From Scyliorhinus canicula (taxonomy: Eukaryota): a stretch of 64,000 nt of DNA. A program made the position numbers and the translations under genes. The notes under the pieces are model-generated. The model made no database searches. It was not told where the DNA came from and was given only the letters and a program-made list of their open reading frames with translations. The stretch spans positions 158,666,691 to 158,730,690 of the forward strand of contig NC_052158.1 of assembly GCF_902713615.1 (NCBI RefSeq), in the 5' to 3' direction. How positions within the stretch are numbered: the first letter of the stretch is position 1; each line of letters starts with the position of its first letter. This document shows positions 12,664-25,139 of this stretch, in pieces.

Positions 12664-15600
12664 TTTGCTAATGTTCTTCGGGAGGGTTTAAACTAATTCA
12701 GCAGGGAATTGGGAACCTGAATTGTAGCTCCAACATATAGGAGGTTGAGAGTAGTGAGATAATGAGTAAGGTTTCAAAGTTGCAGGAGTGTACTGGCAGC
12801 CAGGAAGGTGGTTTGAAGTATGTCTACTTCAATGCCAGGAGCATCCGGGATAAGGCATGGGTTGGTACCTAGGACTTCGAAGTTGTGGCCATTTCGGAGC
12901 CATGGATAGAACAGCGAAAGGAATGGTTGTTGCAGGTGTTGGGGTTTAGATATTTCAGTTCAGGTAAGGTGGTAAAAGAGGGTGAGGGTGGCATTGTTAG
13001 TCATGGACAGTATTACAGTGACAGAAAGGACGTTTCATGAGGACTCATCTGCTGAGGTAGTATAGGCTGAGGTTAGAAACAGGAATGGAGAGGTCACATT
13101 GTTAGGGATTTTCTATAGGCCTCCGAAAAGTTCCAGAGATGTTGAGGAAAGGTTTGCAAAGGTGATTCTGGATCGGAGCGAAAGTAACAGGCAAGTTGTT
13201 ATGGGGGACTTTAACTTTCCAAATAATGACTGGAAACGCTATAGTTCGAGTACTTCAGATGGGTCCGTTTTTGTCTAATGTGTGCAGGAGGGTTTCCTGA
13301 CACAGTATTAGATTTGGTACTGGGTAATGAACCAGGACAGGTGCTAGATTTGGAGGTAGGTGAGCACTTTGGTGATAGTGACCACAATTCAATTACGTTT
13401 ACTTTAGCGATGGAAAGGGTAAGTATATACCGCAGGGCAAGAGTAATATCTGGGGGAAATGCAATTATGATGCGATGAGGCAAGACTTAGGATGCATCGG
13501 GTGGGGAGGGAAATTGCAGGGGATGGGTACAATGGAAATGTGGAGCTTGTTCAAGGAACAGCTACTGCGTGTCCTTGATAAGTATGTACCTGTCAGGCAG
13601 GGGGGAAGTGGTCGAGCGAGGGAACCGTGGTTTACAAAAGTAGTTGAGACACATGTCAAGAGGAAGAAGGCAGCTTGTGTAAAGATGAGACATGAAGGTT
13701 GAGTTCCGGAGCTCGAGAGTTTCAAGTTAGCAAGGAAGGACCTAAAGAGAGAGCTAAGAGGAGCCAGGAGGGGACATGAGAAGTCTTTGGCAGGTAGGAT
13801 CAAGGATAACCCTTAAGCTTTCTATAGATATGTCAGAAATAAAAGAATGACAAGGGTAAGTGTAGGGCCAGTCAAGCACAGTAGTGGGAAGTTGTGCGTG
13901 GGGTCAGAGGAGATAGGAAAGATGCTAAATGAATATTTTTCGACAGTATTCACGCAGGAAAAAGACAATGTTGTCGAGGATAATATTGAGACAGGCTACT
14001 AGAGTAGAAGGGCTTGAGGTTCATAAGGAGGTGTTAGCAATTCTGGAAAGAGTGAAAATAAATAAGTACCCTGGGCCGGATGGGATTTATCCTAGGATTC
14101 TCTGGGAAGATAGGGAGGAAGTTGCTGAGCCTTTGGCTTTGATCGTTAAGTCATCTTTGTCTAGAGGAATAGTGCCAGAAGACTGGAGGATAGCAAATGT
14201 TGTCCCCTTGTTCAAGAAGGGGAGTAGAGACAACCCCGGTAACTATAGACCAGTGAGCCTCACTTCTGTTGTGGGCAAAGTATTGGAAAGGTTTATAAGA
14301 GATAGGATGTATCATCATCTGGAAAGGAATAATTTGATTAGAAATAGTCAACACGGTTTTGTGAAGGCTAGGTCGTGCCTCACAAACCTTATTGAGTTAT
14401 TTGAGAAGATGACCAAACTGGTGGATGAGGGTAAAGTAGTTGATGTGGTGCAAATGGATTTCAGTAAAGCGTCTGCTAAGGTTCCCCACGGTAGGCTATT
14501 GCAGAAAATACGGAGGCATGGTATTCAGGGTGATTTAAAAGTTTGGATCAGAAATTGTCTAGCTGGAAGAAAACAAAGGGTGGTGGTTGATGGGAAATGT
14601 TCAGACTGGAGTCCAGTTACTAGTGGTCTGCCACAAGGATCTGTTTTGGGGCGATAGATGTTTGTCATTTTTATAAATTACCTGGAGGATGGCGTAGAAT
14701 GATGGGTGAGTAAATTGGCAGATGACACTAAAGTCGGTGGGGTTGTGGACAGTGCGGAAGGATGTTACAAGTTACAGAGGGACACAGATAAGCTGCAGAG
14801 TTGGGCTGAGAGATGGCAAATAGAGTTTAATGCAGAAAAGTGTGAGGTGATTCATTTTGGAAGGAATAACAGGAAGACAGAGTAATGGGCTAATGGTAAG
14901 ATTCTTGGTAGTGTGGATGAGCAGAGAGATCTCAGTGTCCATGTACATAGATCCCTGAAAGTTTTCACCCAGGTTGAGAGCGTAGTTAAGAAGGCGTATG
15001 GTCTGCTAGATTTTATTGGGAGAGGGATTTTGTTTCTGAGGCATGAGATCATGTTGCAGCTGTGCAAAACCCTGGTGCGTTCGCATTTGGAGTATTGCAT
15101 GCAATTCTGGTCGCCGCATTATAGGAAGGACGTGGAAGCATTGGAAAGGGTACAGAGGAGATTTACTAGAACGTTGCCTGGTATGGCGGGAAGATCTTAT
15201 GAAGGAAGGCTGAGGAACTTGAGGCTATTTTCGTTAGAGAGAAGGTCAAGAGGTGACTTAATTGAGGCATACAAGATGATCAGAGGATTAGATAGGGTGG
15301 ACAGTGAGAGCCTTTTTCCTCTGATGGTGATGCCTAGCACGAGGGGACATTGCTTTAAATTGAGGGTAGATAGATACAGGACAGATGTCAGAGGTAGGTT
15401 CTTTACTCAGAGAGTAGTAAGGGCGTGGAAGCCCTGCCTGCAGCAGTAGCGGACTCGCCAACACTATGGGTATTCAAATGGGCATTGGATAGAAATATGG
15501 GTGATAAGGCAATAGTCTAGCTGGGCTTTAGAGTGGTTTCACAGGTCGGCGCAACATCGAGGGCCAAAGGGTCTGTACTGCGCTGTAATGTTCTATGTTC

Positions 15601-16020
15601 TATGTTCTATTGTCTGGGCTGGAATGATTTATTTATGAGCAGAGGCGGGGCAGGCTCCGGTTATTTTGCTTGGATTGGGGAAGGCTGAGGAAGGAACTGA
15701 TTGAGGTGTACAAAATTATGAGGGACATAGGATAGATAGGAAGAAACGTTCTCCTTAGTAGATGGGTCAATAACTAAGCAGCACAGATATAACTAAGCAG
15801 CACAGAGGGTAATGGGAATCTGGAACTCACTGCTTGAAAGGGTGGTAAAGGCGAGAACCCTCAGAACATTGAAGAGGTATTTCGATAATCACGGGATAGC
15901 ACACATCGATCCGGATTAAGTGCTGGAAAATGGAACATAGATGAGATTGATGCGTGCCTTCATGCACAAGCACGTTGGGACAAAGGGACTGTTTCTTTGT
16001 CGTAAAACGCTATGACACTA
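10640..16020 (+). mobile_element. Old CR1 LINE split by a younger CR1 insertion
   Basis: Decayed RT motifs at 10640-12085 (LKVDKPPGPD, MDFSK...PHGRLISK) resume after 15610 (..LIEVYKIM.., WNSL). Confidence 0.75.
12090..15610 (+). mobile_element. Younger near-complete CR1/HER1 LINE (ORF1 SGNH-esterase part, ORF2 EN+RT; inactivated)
   Basis: GDSIVR, VVVHIGTND, DLVLGNEPGQV, NYRPVSLTSVVGKVLE, LPQGSVLG, ADDTK, FFTQRVVRAW; (ttctatg)n tail at 15590-15610; several stops/frameshifts. Confidence 0.92.
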
Positions 16021-16026
16021 TGCATC

Positions 16027-16367
16027 CATAGAACAGTACAGCACAGAACAGGCCCTTCGGCCCTCAATGTTGTGCCAAGCAATGATCACCCTACTCAAAC
16101 CCACGTATCCACCCTATACCCGTAACCCAACAACCCCCCCCCCCTTAACCTTACTTTTTAGGACACTACGGGCAATTTAGCATGGCCAATTCACCTAACC
16201 CGCACATCTTTGGACTGTGGGAGGAAACCGGAGCACCCGGAGGAAACCCTCGCACACACGGGGAGGACGTGCAGACTCCACACAGACAGTGACCCAGCCG
16301 GGAATCGAACCTGGGACCCTGGAGCTGTGAAGCATTTATGCTAACCACCATGCTACCGTACTGTCCC
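16027..16367 (-). mobile_element. HE1 V-SINE, full length
   Basis: tRNA-like head, central tgtgcagactccacacagacagtgaccc domain, and tail shared with CR1 3' end (ggcccttcggccc...cagtacagcacag). Confidence 0.9.
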
Positions 16368-16434
16368 TAAGTACTGTCCATGAAGTGCTGTAATCGTGTC
16401 CCATTTTCTGAAACATTAAAGAAGGAAGAGTTAC

Positions 16435-16752
16435 CTGAACAAATCACACCGGCTGCCTCCTCTTCCAGGGAACAGTTATTGTGAGCCAAGTTTTTCAATT
16501 CACACTTCCACGGGTCGTCTTCGGTGCCGTTGCAGTGAAGTAAAGCACTTGCCATGGGCCACTGGCCGGCCCCAAATTGGGAATCTCCTGATGCAGACAC
16601 AGCCTCGCCGCAGCCCACGTATTTACATATAACACGAGCCTCATTCATATCCCACATTCGACCGCAGATTGTACGCCAGCTGCCAAAGTCGCCGCCTTGA
16701 ACTGTTCCAGCACAGGGACTACCTCCACCTTGAAGCTTGACATTTAGATCGG
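16435..16752 (-). CDS. Exon 4: SRCR domain 2 (group B)
   Basis: AATAATAG|CC GAT CTA... to TGT TCA G|GTAACT; 318 nt. ADLNVKLQGGGSPCAGTVQGGDFGSWRTICGRMWDMNEARVICKYVGCGEA...AGVICS, 8 Cys. Confidence 0.92.
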
Positions 16753-17728
16753 CTATTATTTAGGAAAAATGCATTTTGAAATTATTCACTTAGTGCTGTT
16801 ACAACGATTTGGAGTTCTGGGCTGAATGTTCTCTTCGTGAAAAAAATCTTTATCACCCTTAAATTGTCGCACAGAAACTGTCACTCACTGGCTTTTGGCT
16901 AGGGCGCCATTAATTTACTGTCAATTTTTATTCCAAGTTATCTGGACAAGATGTATTTTTAGATTTCTTGAAGTTGGCTCTCTCCACTTACTGGTTTCTT
17001 ACTTGGATTATTCCATGTTCCTAAAAGTTATGATCCTGTCTCTCCTAAGTTTTCCCCTCACAGACTTTACTTCCACGTAACCGTTCTGCCTTGGAGCCAC
17101 AACCATCAGTGTTATCTTTCTGGCTGGATCTGAAAAATGCTGATGTTAAAAAGTGCACAGAACATACCTAAATAAACCCGACATCTTTAGCTTTCTTTTA
17201 CCTTTTCTATCTACAATCGGATAATTGAACTCCCTATTATAGCCAATTTTAAATTCTATATCTCTCCGTAATTCGTTGGAAATCTATTTATTCCGCATCT
17301 TACGACTCTTTGCAGTCTATAGACTATATTGAGCGATATTATTTTAACTTTGCTCCTTTAGTTCTGGTCAAGTATATTGGACCTATGCTCCGAGTTTCCC
17401 AGCATTGTCTTTCATAGGGGGGCCGGTGGGGGCAAAGTTGCTTAGGTATTCTCTCTCGGAATTTTACTGATAAGTACTCACACGGCCATTTCCCAGATGT
17501 GCTCAAGATCTTTGAACAATTGCACTGCGCTGTCAACCATGAGAACATGCGATTTAAATCCCTAACTTCGGATGAATCCTCGGAGTTACACCGATAGTTA
17601 CTTCAAAAACAGCTGAAGGATTACTTCTAACTACTGGGAATCTACTGAAAACACCTAGACCGATGCGGGCACGGCAATCAGAACACAACCAATCACGGAT
17701 CTACAGCCACACTCCCCACTGCAAGTGC

Positions 17729-17729
<1 letters not shown>

Positions 17730-17783
<54 letters not shown>
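17730..17783. repeat. 54-nt C homopolymer
   Basis: Directly visible run of C. Confidence 0.9.
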
Positions 17784-19084
17784 ACCACTTAACAATACTT
17801 TCCCCACCATCTCCTTATAGACGGCATGGCTACCACCGACGCACGGCCCACTTCCAGGGCTTCGAACCGACCTTCACCCCATCCCCAGAAACATACCCCC
17901 AACCCTGACCATCCTGATCTAATATATTATGGAGTTTGACTAGTTAGGTGATAAATATAATGTAGTTGTTTATTTCAAGATAATTACTTTAAAGAACTGC
18001 CCTCACTTCGGAAACATTTTTGGATTCACCATCTGCCTGCTTGCACAGTAATTCAATGCCTTCGTGTTTCAGCTTTCTTGGATCATAGCACCCTTTTTCT
18101 GACTGCGCAGAATTCACTCCTTAATCAAGTCCTGCATTTAAGCACTCGGCTCTCTGCACTGGCTCCCCGCTTGCATCATCGTGAGTCTTATGTCATGTCT
18201 GTGCATTTATCATAACTTATATTCATTGGAGACCTTGCTTATCTGTGCCTCACGCTGAAAGAAACTAAAATTACTGTAAGGTTAAATGCTAAATTCAAAC
18301 TACACTATATATTAGGAAGTGAGCAATCCTTAATTCGGACTCATTTAACAAATTGCCGAATTTAGGAACTCAATCTCCCTGCACTCAGTTTCAACTGAAC
18401 TTTTGTGTCACTAATCTACCCTTAGAAAAGGTGTTTCATGGTTTTTATTGGTCTTTCGCTTTCAAAGCCCCACTTTAGATGAAAGGCCTGACGCCGGGAA
18501 ACAGAAACTCCGGCCACATTCTTTCTTTCACCCTGTTCGCCTCCATCTCCGACCCTCGCCAAGCCTAAAAATTCGGCCCTCAAGTCTCCAGTTGAAAATT
18601 ATCTACACGATAAATTTCACGTCAATACTGTGTCCCTTTCAAGATTCTCCCAGATAAAAAAACAATGTCTAGTATAAGCTGTTATCTCAATTGATAGGGC
18701 ACATTAAGCACGTTTGGCGATTTACATAATCATATTACAGAATTCAAGGGGGTTAAGAAAGAGAATTTGAACTATTAATACAATCCAAATGTTCAATACA
18801 GGTAGAGCGGAAAATAATACGTACACTGTCATAGGAGTGAACCTTAATGATGATAATATAAATGTTAAACCACCGAAATTATTCCCAGGTTGGAGTGTTG
18901 CGTACCAAGACTATGGCCGAATTTCCTCAACTCCTCATTCTAAATTCCATGAACGCTACAAACCAGGATTTCCATTTCGTTTAGTTTGATGAACTGTCAG
19001 GACTGATTACACTAGAGTACCAAATTGCATATTCCTGTGTTGTAGAATTCTAGGAACGTTGCATTACATCAATTATCAACAGGG

Positions 19085-19250
19085 TAAAGGACAGTGGGCT
19101 AAACAGCTGGCTTATAATGCAGAGCAAGGCCAGCAGCGTGGGTTCGATTCCCGTACCAGCCTCCCCGAACAGGCGCTGGGATATGACGACCAGGGGCTTT
19201 TCACAGTGACTTAATTGAAGCCTACTTGTGACAATAAGCGATTATTATTA
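19085..19250 (+). mobile_element. Short-head SINE (GTGACAATAAG-tail family)
   Basis: gggctaaacagctggct...ggttcgattcccgtaccagcctccccgaacaggcg...gtgacaataagcg(att)n. Confidence 0.8.
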
Positions 19251-19559
19251 TCATGTTTTTTTCGGCTCTGTTCTGGGCAATTTTTAACATCAATGTTTAT
19301 CAGGTTCAGCAAGAAAGGAGGCACTGCTGGATGTGGTTTGCAGCGGGAGGAGGGTCACGTGGATCTACTGTCTGAGAGGCGTACTGAGGAGATAGTGATT
19401 ATTGGATTGTAAGGCCACAGCAATGTGGTTGACTCTTAACTGCCCGCAAAGTGGGCAATAAATGCTGTCATAGCCTGCGATGAACGAATAAAACAACAGT
19501 GTTTCTTTCAGCCTCGTGACAAATATAAATGCTAGGAGCTCATCCACAGCTATGTGATC

Positions 19560-20060
19560 AAACTCACCCGATTAGCTTTCTTCATTATGTCCTCCCTCAT
19601 CAATCACTTTCATCCTTTGTTGTTCCTTCCTACTTTTAAATCCTTAACCTGATAACACTTGCTAACCAGCACACCTTTCCCATGCTCCCTTCCTCTCTAA
19701 AGTATTTGCACAAGCTTTCGACTCCCAAATCCATGCACAGCTTCCCAGAACTCCCTCAGCAGCAAAAAGGCTCCTATCAAGGTCATAAAATATATGCTCT
19801 GTATTGATCAAAATTCTTTCTCATCCTACTTGACCTGGCTGCACTCGTTTACACCCTTATTCTCAAGATCCTCGTCAAAACATTGCCCTCTGTTACAGCT
19901 ACAGGAAATGATCTCATCTCCATTCGTCTCTATCTGTTCATAGCCACTAAACCAACTACTACTGTTTCCGTTTACAGTTCTGCAGTTATTTCAAGCAATC
20001 CCAACAGGTCAATGTTTGTCTTCCGCCTCGCCATTTATCATTTGCTATTGCTGAAAAACA
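19560..20060 (+). mobile_element. Ancient L2 LINE RT fragment
   Basis: Decayed IKVI...LILLDLAA.V.TL...IL pattern typical of the L2 RT. Confidence 0.5.
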
Positions 20061-20371
20061 GGCATTTTATTTAAACTATACATCTTCCACTCATCAGCAC
20101 TGATGCAAAAATTTCAGAGGGAGCAATAATTTGTACTGCATAATAAAATGGTGCTTATTTCGTTGGCGAGTCGACTCTGACTGGTGGATATATTGCCATG
20201 CAGAGTGTCACAGAGAACCTTGGTTCGAAAAGGTGCATGCCGGGGTGTATTACGTTTTGTCCCCAGAGTAGGGCTGCCTGCATATAAATGTTTGTAACGT
20301 CCAGCACGTGTAAAGCACGCATATTGTGAGCCCGACTGATCATCTTAAATCGATTACTGGTGTAATTTATA

Positions 20372-22105
20372 GCCCACACCTCCACCACCATTCCATTTCA
20401 ATTACTTCACTCTCCAAATTAATAAAGAATTCTGACATTATGGTCGCTCTTCCCCAAAGGCTCCACACAATATGATTATTAATTCATCACTTCTCAGTAC
20501 GCAGTACCCGTCTGAAATGCCCTGTTCTCTGATTGGCTCCTCAACGCATTGGCTTTAAAAATCATCCCATGCACACTCCAGTAACTGTTCCTCCACTATT
20601 CCATTGCTAGTTTGGTTGGTCCAAACTCTATGTTAATTAAAGTCATCCACGTTTCCAGTTTTACAATGGTTGCATGCATCACTGATTTATTACTTGAAAA
20701 CTTCCCTTACATCTCCACCACTTTTGGGAGTCCTATCGTCAACATTTCCTGCCCCTTCACGTTTCTTATCTCCACCCATACAGATTCCGCTTTTCCGAAA
20801 AAATATACTCCCTCATTAATACATTGGTTTTCTCCCTTCCTAACAACGATATCCCATCTTCTTTCTCTTTTATTTTGTCCCCCTTGAATACCGCTGATTG
20901 TTGCGCTCCCATGCCTTTGAAACCTTGCATATTCAATTGCCCCATTGTATATGAACGCCTCTTGAAATGGTCAACTGGTACATTCCACTCTCCCACCTCT
21001 TCCACGTAATCATGAACATTCTTCCTTTTCAAAGAACAGTCTGATTCCGTTTTGAATTATTCTCATAAACCTGTTTCCATCACACTCACAGACAGTGCAT
21101 TCCATGCCCGAATGACTCGGTGCATAAAAACGTGTTTCCTGATTGTTTATTCCTTATTGCTTTCGAAAAAAAAAATGTATTGGTTATCACATTTGATGTT
21201 ACATACTTCAGTTCATACGTTAAATTACAAGTTGCATAAGCGCACTTAACGCAAAGCAAAAGCAATCCGGGAAAAAAATAAAAAGAGAAAAACCAAAGTG
21301 AGAAAAAAAAGACGGAAGCAATAAACGATCATTGCGTATATTTGCATGTTCTTGTCTCCCCTCCCTCTGTGACCCTATTCCCCATTAGTCAGTCTGCCTC
21401 AACAGTACTCCCCAGTGTGGCCCAAGCGTATTTCTGCTGGTGATTCGGATTTTCCGCATGCCCTCGGGCCCGTCCTCTGTGCCTTTGTCTGTTGCCCCTC
21501 GCATTCCCTTTTGTGGGTCTTTACCCCCCTTCTTCCCCCCAGTCTCCTTCACTCCCCTCTCTTTTCGTTTATGTTCCCTGGCTCGTCTGTTACCTACCCC
21601 CCCCCCCCTCCCGCCCTCAAACCCTTGCTTCACTGGTTGCTGACTACGAATAGGCCATGGTAAAAAATAGTGAACGGCTCCCACGTCGAGTAGAAGCCCT
21701 TTTCTGACCCCGGATGGCAAATTTTATCTTCTGTATTTGGAGGAATTTGGGCAGATCGGACAGCTTGTCTGCAGCTTTTCATGGTGTTGCCAATCGCCAG
21801 CTGACCAGGAATCTTCGGTGAGCGATTAGAGAAGCAAAGGCAAGGGCGTTGGCCACCATCCCATAAAAAGCTCTGGCTGGTCTGAGACCCCATAAACCAC
21901 CACTTTTAGGCATGGCTTCATCATCACTCCCAGAACCTTGGATATTGCCTCAAAGAAGTTTGTGCAGGACCGGACAGGTCTGGGGAAGGAGCAGAACTTG
22001 GCAACTTTCACATGTGTCCTCCACCTCCGGAAAAATCTGCTCATTCGAGTGCTGCTTTGGTGTCATCTGTGCAACAGTTTAGCTGCATTCGGCTTAGCTC
22101 TGCAT
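20372..22105 (-). repeat. Left arm of ~1.73-kb inverted duplication (derived copy)
   Basis: Reverse complement of 33789-35526 along its whole length; the ORF track shows mirrored peptides (MVGPN.MLIKVIHV..., MDIASKKFVQDRTG..., MIRIFRMPSG...). Confidence 0.95.
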
Positions 22106-22298
22106 GCTGTTGAACGTTTTCCAATGCCTCGAAGATCCTGAGATTACTACTTTTGACGCACGCTGTTTTCAGTCGCCGTCCTACCTCCCGAAAGTGTGCC
22201 ATCAGGACTTGGGCCCTTCCCGGTCTCTGCCATTGGTACCAACTTGGACTACGATTTCTGGCTATTTACATTTGTCGTGGTTCCCCAGGACGACAATT

Positions 22299-22995
22299 TG
22301 TTCGTACCTATTAAAACACCGAGAGTCTGAGAAGCGATCTTTCAAGCAGTGAACTTTATTTTCCTAGCACAAGAAAACAAAGCTGGGATGTCCGGAACAA
22401 TCCGAAGAGCCTCAGGGCTTACTGTCTTTTATGTACATTTCAACTCCATATCTCAAACTCTTATCTTACTTTACAGCCCTCTTATCTTGCTTTCCAATCT
22501 GACCTTGCTTTGGCCACCATTGTTTTTAGTTGGCCCTTTATCTGTCCCATTCGAGATTGGTCGCTCCCTATTTCCTCTCTTTGCTTCTTAAACCATGGTG
22601 GCTATAACTCTTGTCCTTATCTTGCTCCTGTGTAAACTTCCCTGCTTGTGAAACAATCGTGGTTTTGCTGACTTAGGCCGAATGTATAGAAAAACATGCT
22701 CACTCCATTCTTGTCTTTTTATGGCCATTATTTATGGTCAACCATTAAGTTGAGCCACTGAGCAGTATTCATTGTTCTCCCAAGTGACTATTATTTGTCT
22801 TTGTTAATTAGTAAATGCTATACTACTTTTCTGGGTCTTCTGCTTTAATCATATTAACTATACTTGATTACATTAGGTCACACGAGGTTACCCTAGGTTA
22901 CATACTCATCTCAATACTCACCTAAATCTACTTTATCATTTCACTAAAACCTATGATTCTGAACTTCATACCTAACTCATACAATATCCAGTACA
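22299..22995 (-). mobile_element. Probable solo LTR (ERV/Gypsy-like)
   Basis: TGT...ACA termini flanked by 4-bp AATT direct repeats. On the minus strand CCAAT (22556-22560), TACATAAAA (22427-22435) and AATAAA (22355-22360) appear in U3-R-U5 order. Confidence 0.55.
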
Positions 22996-23390
22996 AATTC
23001 CCTTACACATTCTCCCAGAAAAATATCATGCAGCCTGTATATCCTTCACCCTGGCATGAACAAGGTAACATTTATTTCTGGAATCACATCGACAGTCATA
23101 GAGACGCCTGTCTGTTCTCCAACATAACGAACCCCCTATTATTACATTTCTTCCCTCCTCTTTCTCGCCTGTTGTACCACAGCTGAACATGGCTTCCAAT
23201 GGATGCACCCTTATGAACTCCAGAATCCATGTTCCAGAACTGAAACGAATTACCTCCATAACCTTCCAATCATTTTAATATGACTTCAATCATTGGAGAG
23301 TTTGCCCCAGATTCCCATTGACCCTAGTATTGCTTAGGTCTCTTGTGATGCATACGGTCAATCCTACCTCGATCTAATGGGCAGTCTCTC

Positions 23391-23756
23391 ACATGCGCCC
23401 TGCAGACGACTCAGACCCGGTCGCCAACCATGTACGTGCCTGATTGGTATTGACTAGTGTGGCTCTTGTGTTCAGCTCTTCATTCAATATTTAGATCTAG
23501 TTTCCAGCTAGGTCAGGATCTGATCAGCCATGCGAGAACTTCTTTTTTGAGGGAACGTTCGGTCATATGACCTAATCTTTCAGTCGCTAGTTCATTTTGC
23601 TCTGTGCAGTGCCTTGAGGCTCATTTTGCGACACTGGAGTCCTGCCATATCTGACTGAATGACACCGCCCTCCAGTGGGACATGCGCCCTGCAGACGACT
23701 CGGACCCGGTCGCCAACCATGTACGTGCCTGATTGGTATTAACTAGTGTGGCTCTT
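23391..23756. repeat. 77-bp direct repeat, two copies (23391-23467, 23680-23756)
   Basis: acatgcgccctgcagacgactc(a/g)gacccggtcgccaaccatgtacgtgcctgattggtatt(g/a)actagtgtggctctt; 2 mismatches. Confidence 0.95.
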
Positions 23757-23941
23757 TGTTGCTATGAACAGATTGGCGCCTGCTCTGGAGCTACTGGACT
23801 GGCACACAGATAAGGAGGTTAGCACTAACCCTGAATGTGCGACAAAGTTGGGGAATTCAGCTATTTTGCCAACATTATTTCCATGCCCGTCAATAAGTAT
23901 AATGAACGAAAATATTCAATAGTAATTATGGGAACAAATAC

Positions 23942-24253
23942 CTTTACAGTACATGGTTAAAACCGTCCCAGTTTCGCAGTTCAGTTGGCCCGACGGTTTC
24001 AATTGACACTCCGACAACGACAATTCCGTTCCATTGCACTGAACCTTATCCAGCAACACATATCTTGTTTCCTTGGAGATCGGCTTTTTCAACGTTGTGT
24101 AATAAGCAACGCAGCCAATTTGCTTGCAGAGTATTTCTGAAGCTGCAGTATCCCAAAGGCTACTGCAGATAGAGTTCCACTGTCCACGGTAATAAACTTT
24201 CAGTTCCCCAATACATGGTGCTTCTGGACCCACCAACTTCACGTCTCTCAATT
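23942..24253 (-). CDS. Exon 3: SRCR domain 1 (group B, divergent)
   Basis: TTCAACAG|AA TTG AGA... to TGT AAA G|GTATTT; 312 nt. ELRDVKLVGPEAPCIGELKVYYRGQWNSICSSLWD...LCKQIGC...VQCNGTELSLSEC...LNC...MYCK, 8 Cys in SRCR spacing. Confidence 0.9.
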
Positions 24254-25139
24254 CTGTTGAACATTTAACACGTGAAACACTAATTATGCAAATAGTCCAA
24301 CACGGAACTGAAATAATAATCATGGAAACATTTCAAAACATTTTAAAACTTAACACTAAGCTGACATTGATTTCTCAGAACATCAATGTTATACTGTGCA
24401 TGAATGTGTTGTTTTTTCAATGCTTTAAGATTTGGTTTAAACTCCAACTCGAACTTGTTTTTGTGTCAAATTCCTTTTCTCTGTAGTACTAAGCATCGTT
24501 TTGTCTTAAAATGTGACCTTGAAACAATTGATTTCATTATTCGTTTTTCATGCTTTGACCAACTTAGATGCTAGAAAATGGACCATAGAGTTGTTACCGC
24601 CAGTGCCTCCTCAATAGTGATCAAAACAATGATATTTTTATGGGATCGACCTATTTCCAATTACTGCACAACCGATTTGAACAGAAATTAGATTCACATT
24701 CCTGCATAAGTGAGCATCGATCTTTAATGCGTGGTTTATTTTGCCTTTCAGTTGTAGGGAAAAATATTCTACTTAAGCGTGAATGCAACCCTGGACATTT
24801 TTACATGCCAATAATTTGACACCACATTCAGTTAGATTCAATATCAGCACAGATTCGCAAAGAACGTTGTGCTGCGTGATAAGATCCACAATGGCCACTT
24901 TACTTTTCTTCGCTGATCTCATGGCAATTGCACGATACCCGAATATGAATGGAGGCATTGGGGTTGCTAAAGGTGCCATCAGGCTGACAGCGATTTTTAA
25001 CGGTGGAGGAAGAAATTGTGTAAAGTTTTCTGTTAAGAGATTCGGGTTATTAATTAACATAAATTGCTGAAGGATCGTGATCAAATCCTCATATCATGTT
25101 GTTCCAATACAGTGTAAGTTATTGGGATAAGTGACAATG

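Noticed and set aside
16166-16351. Recurrent Cys-rich peptides (GHCLCGVCTSSPCVRGFPPG...) at many loci suggesting a repeated mini-gene
   Set aside because: These are translations of HE1 SINE bodies.
17663-17908. Poly-proline ORF
   Set aside because: Artefact of the C54 homopolymer.
17330-17990. Possible L1/Tx1-like 3' fragment around the poly-C run
   Set aside because: No diagnostic motif readable by eye; left uncalled.
23391-23756. Repeat-spacer-repeat pattern as CRISPR-like array
   Set aside because: Only two 77-bp units with a 212-bp spacer in vertebrate DNA; no cas genes.
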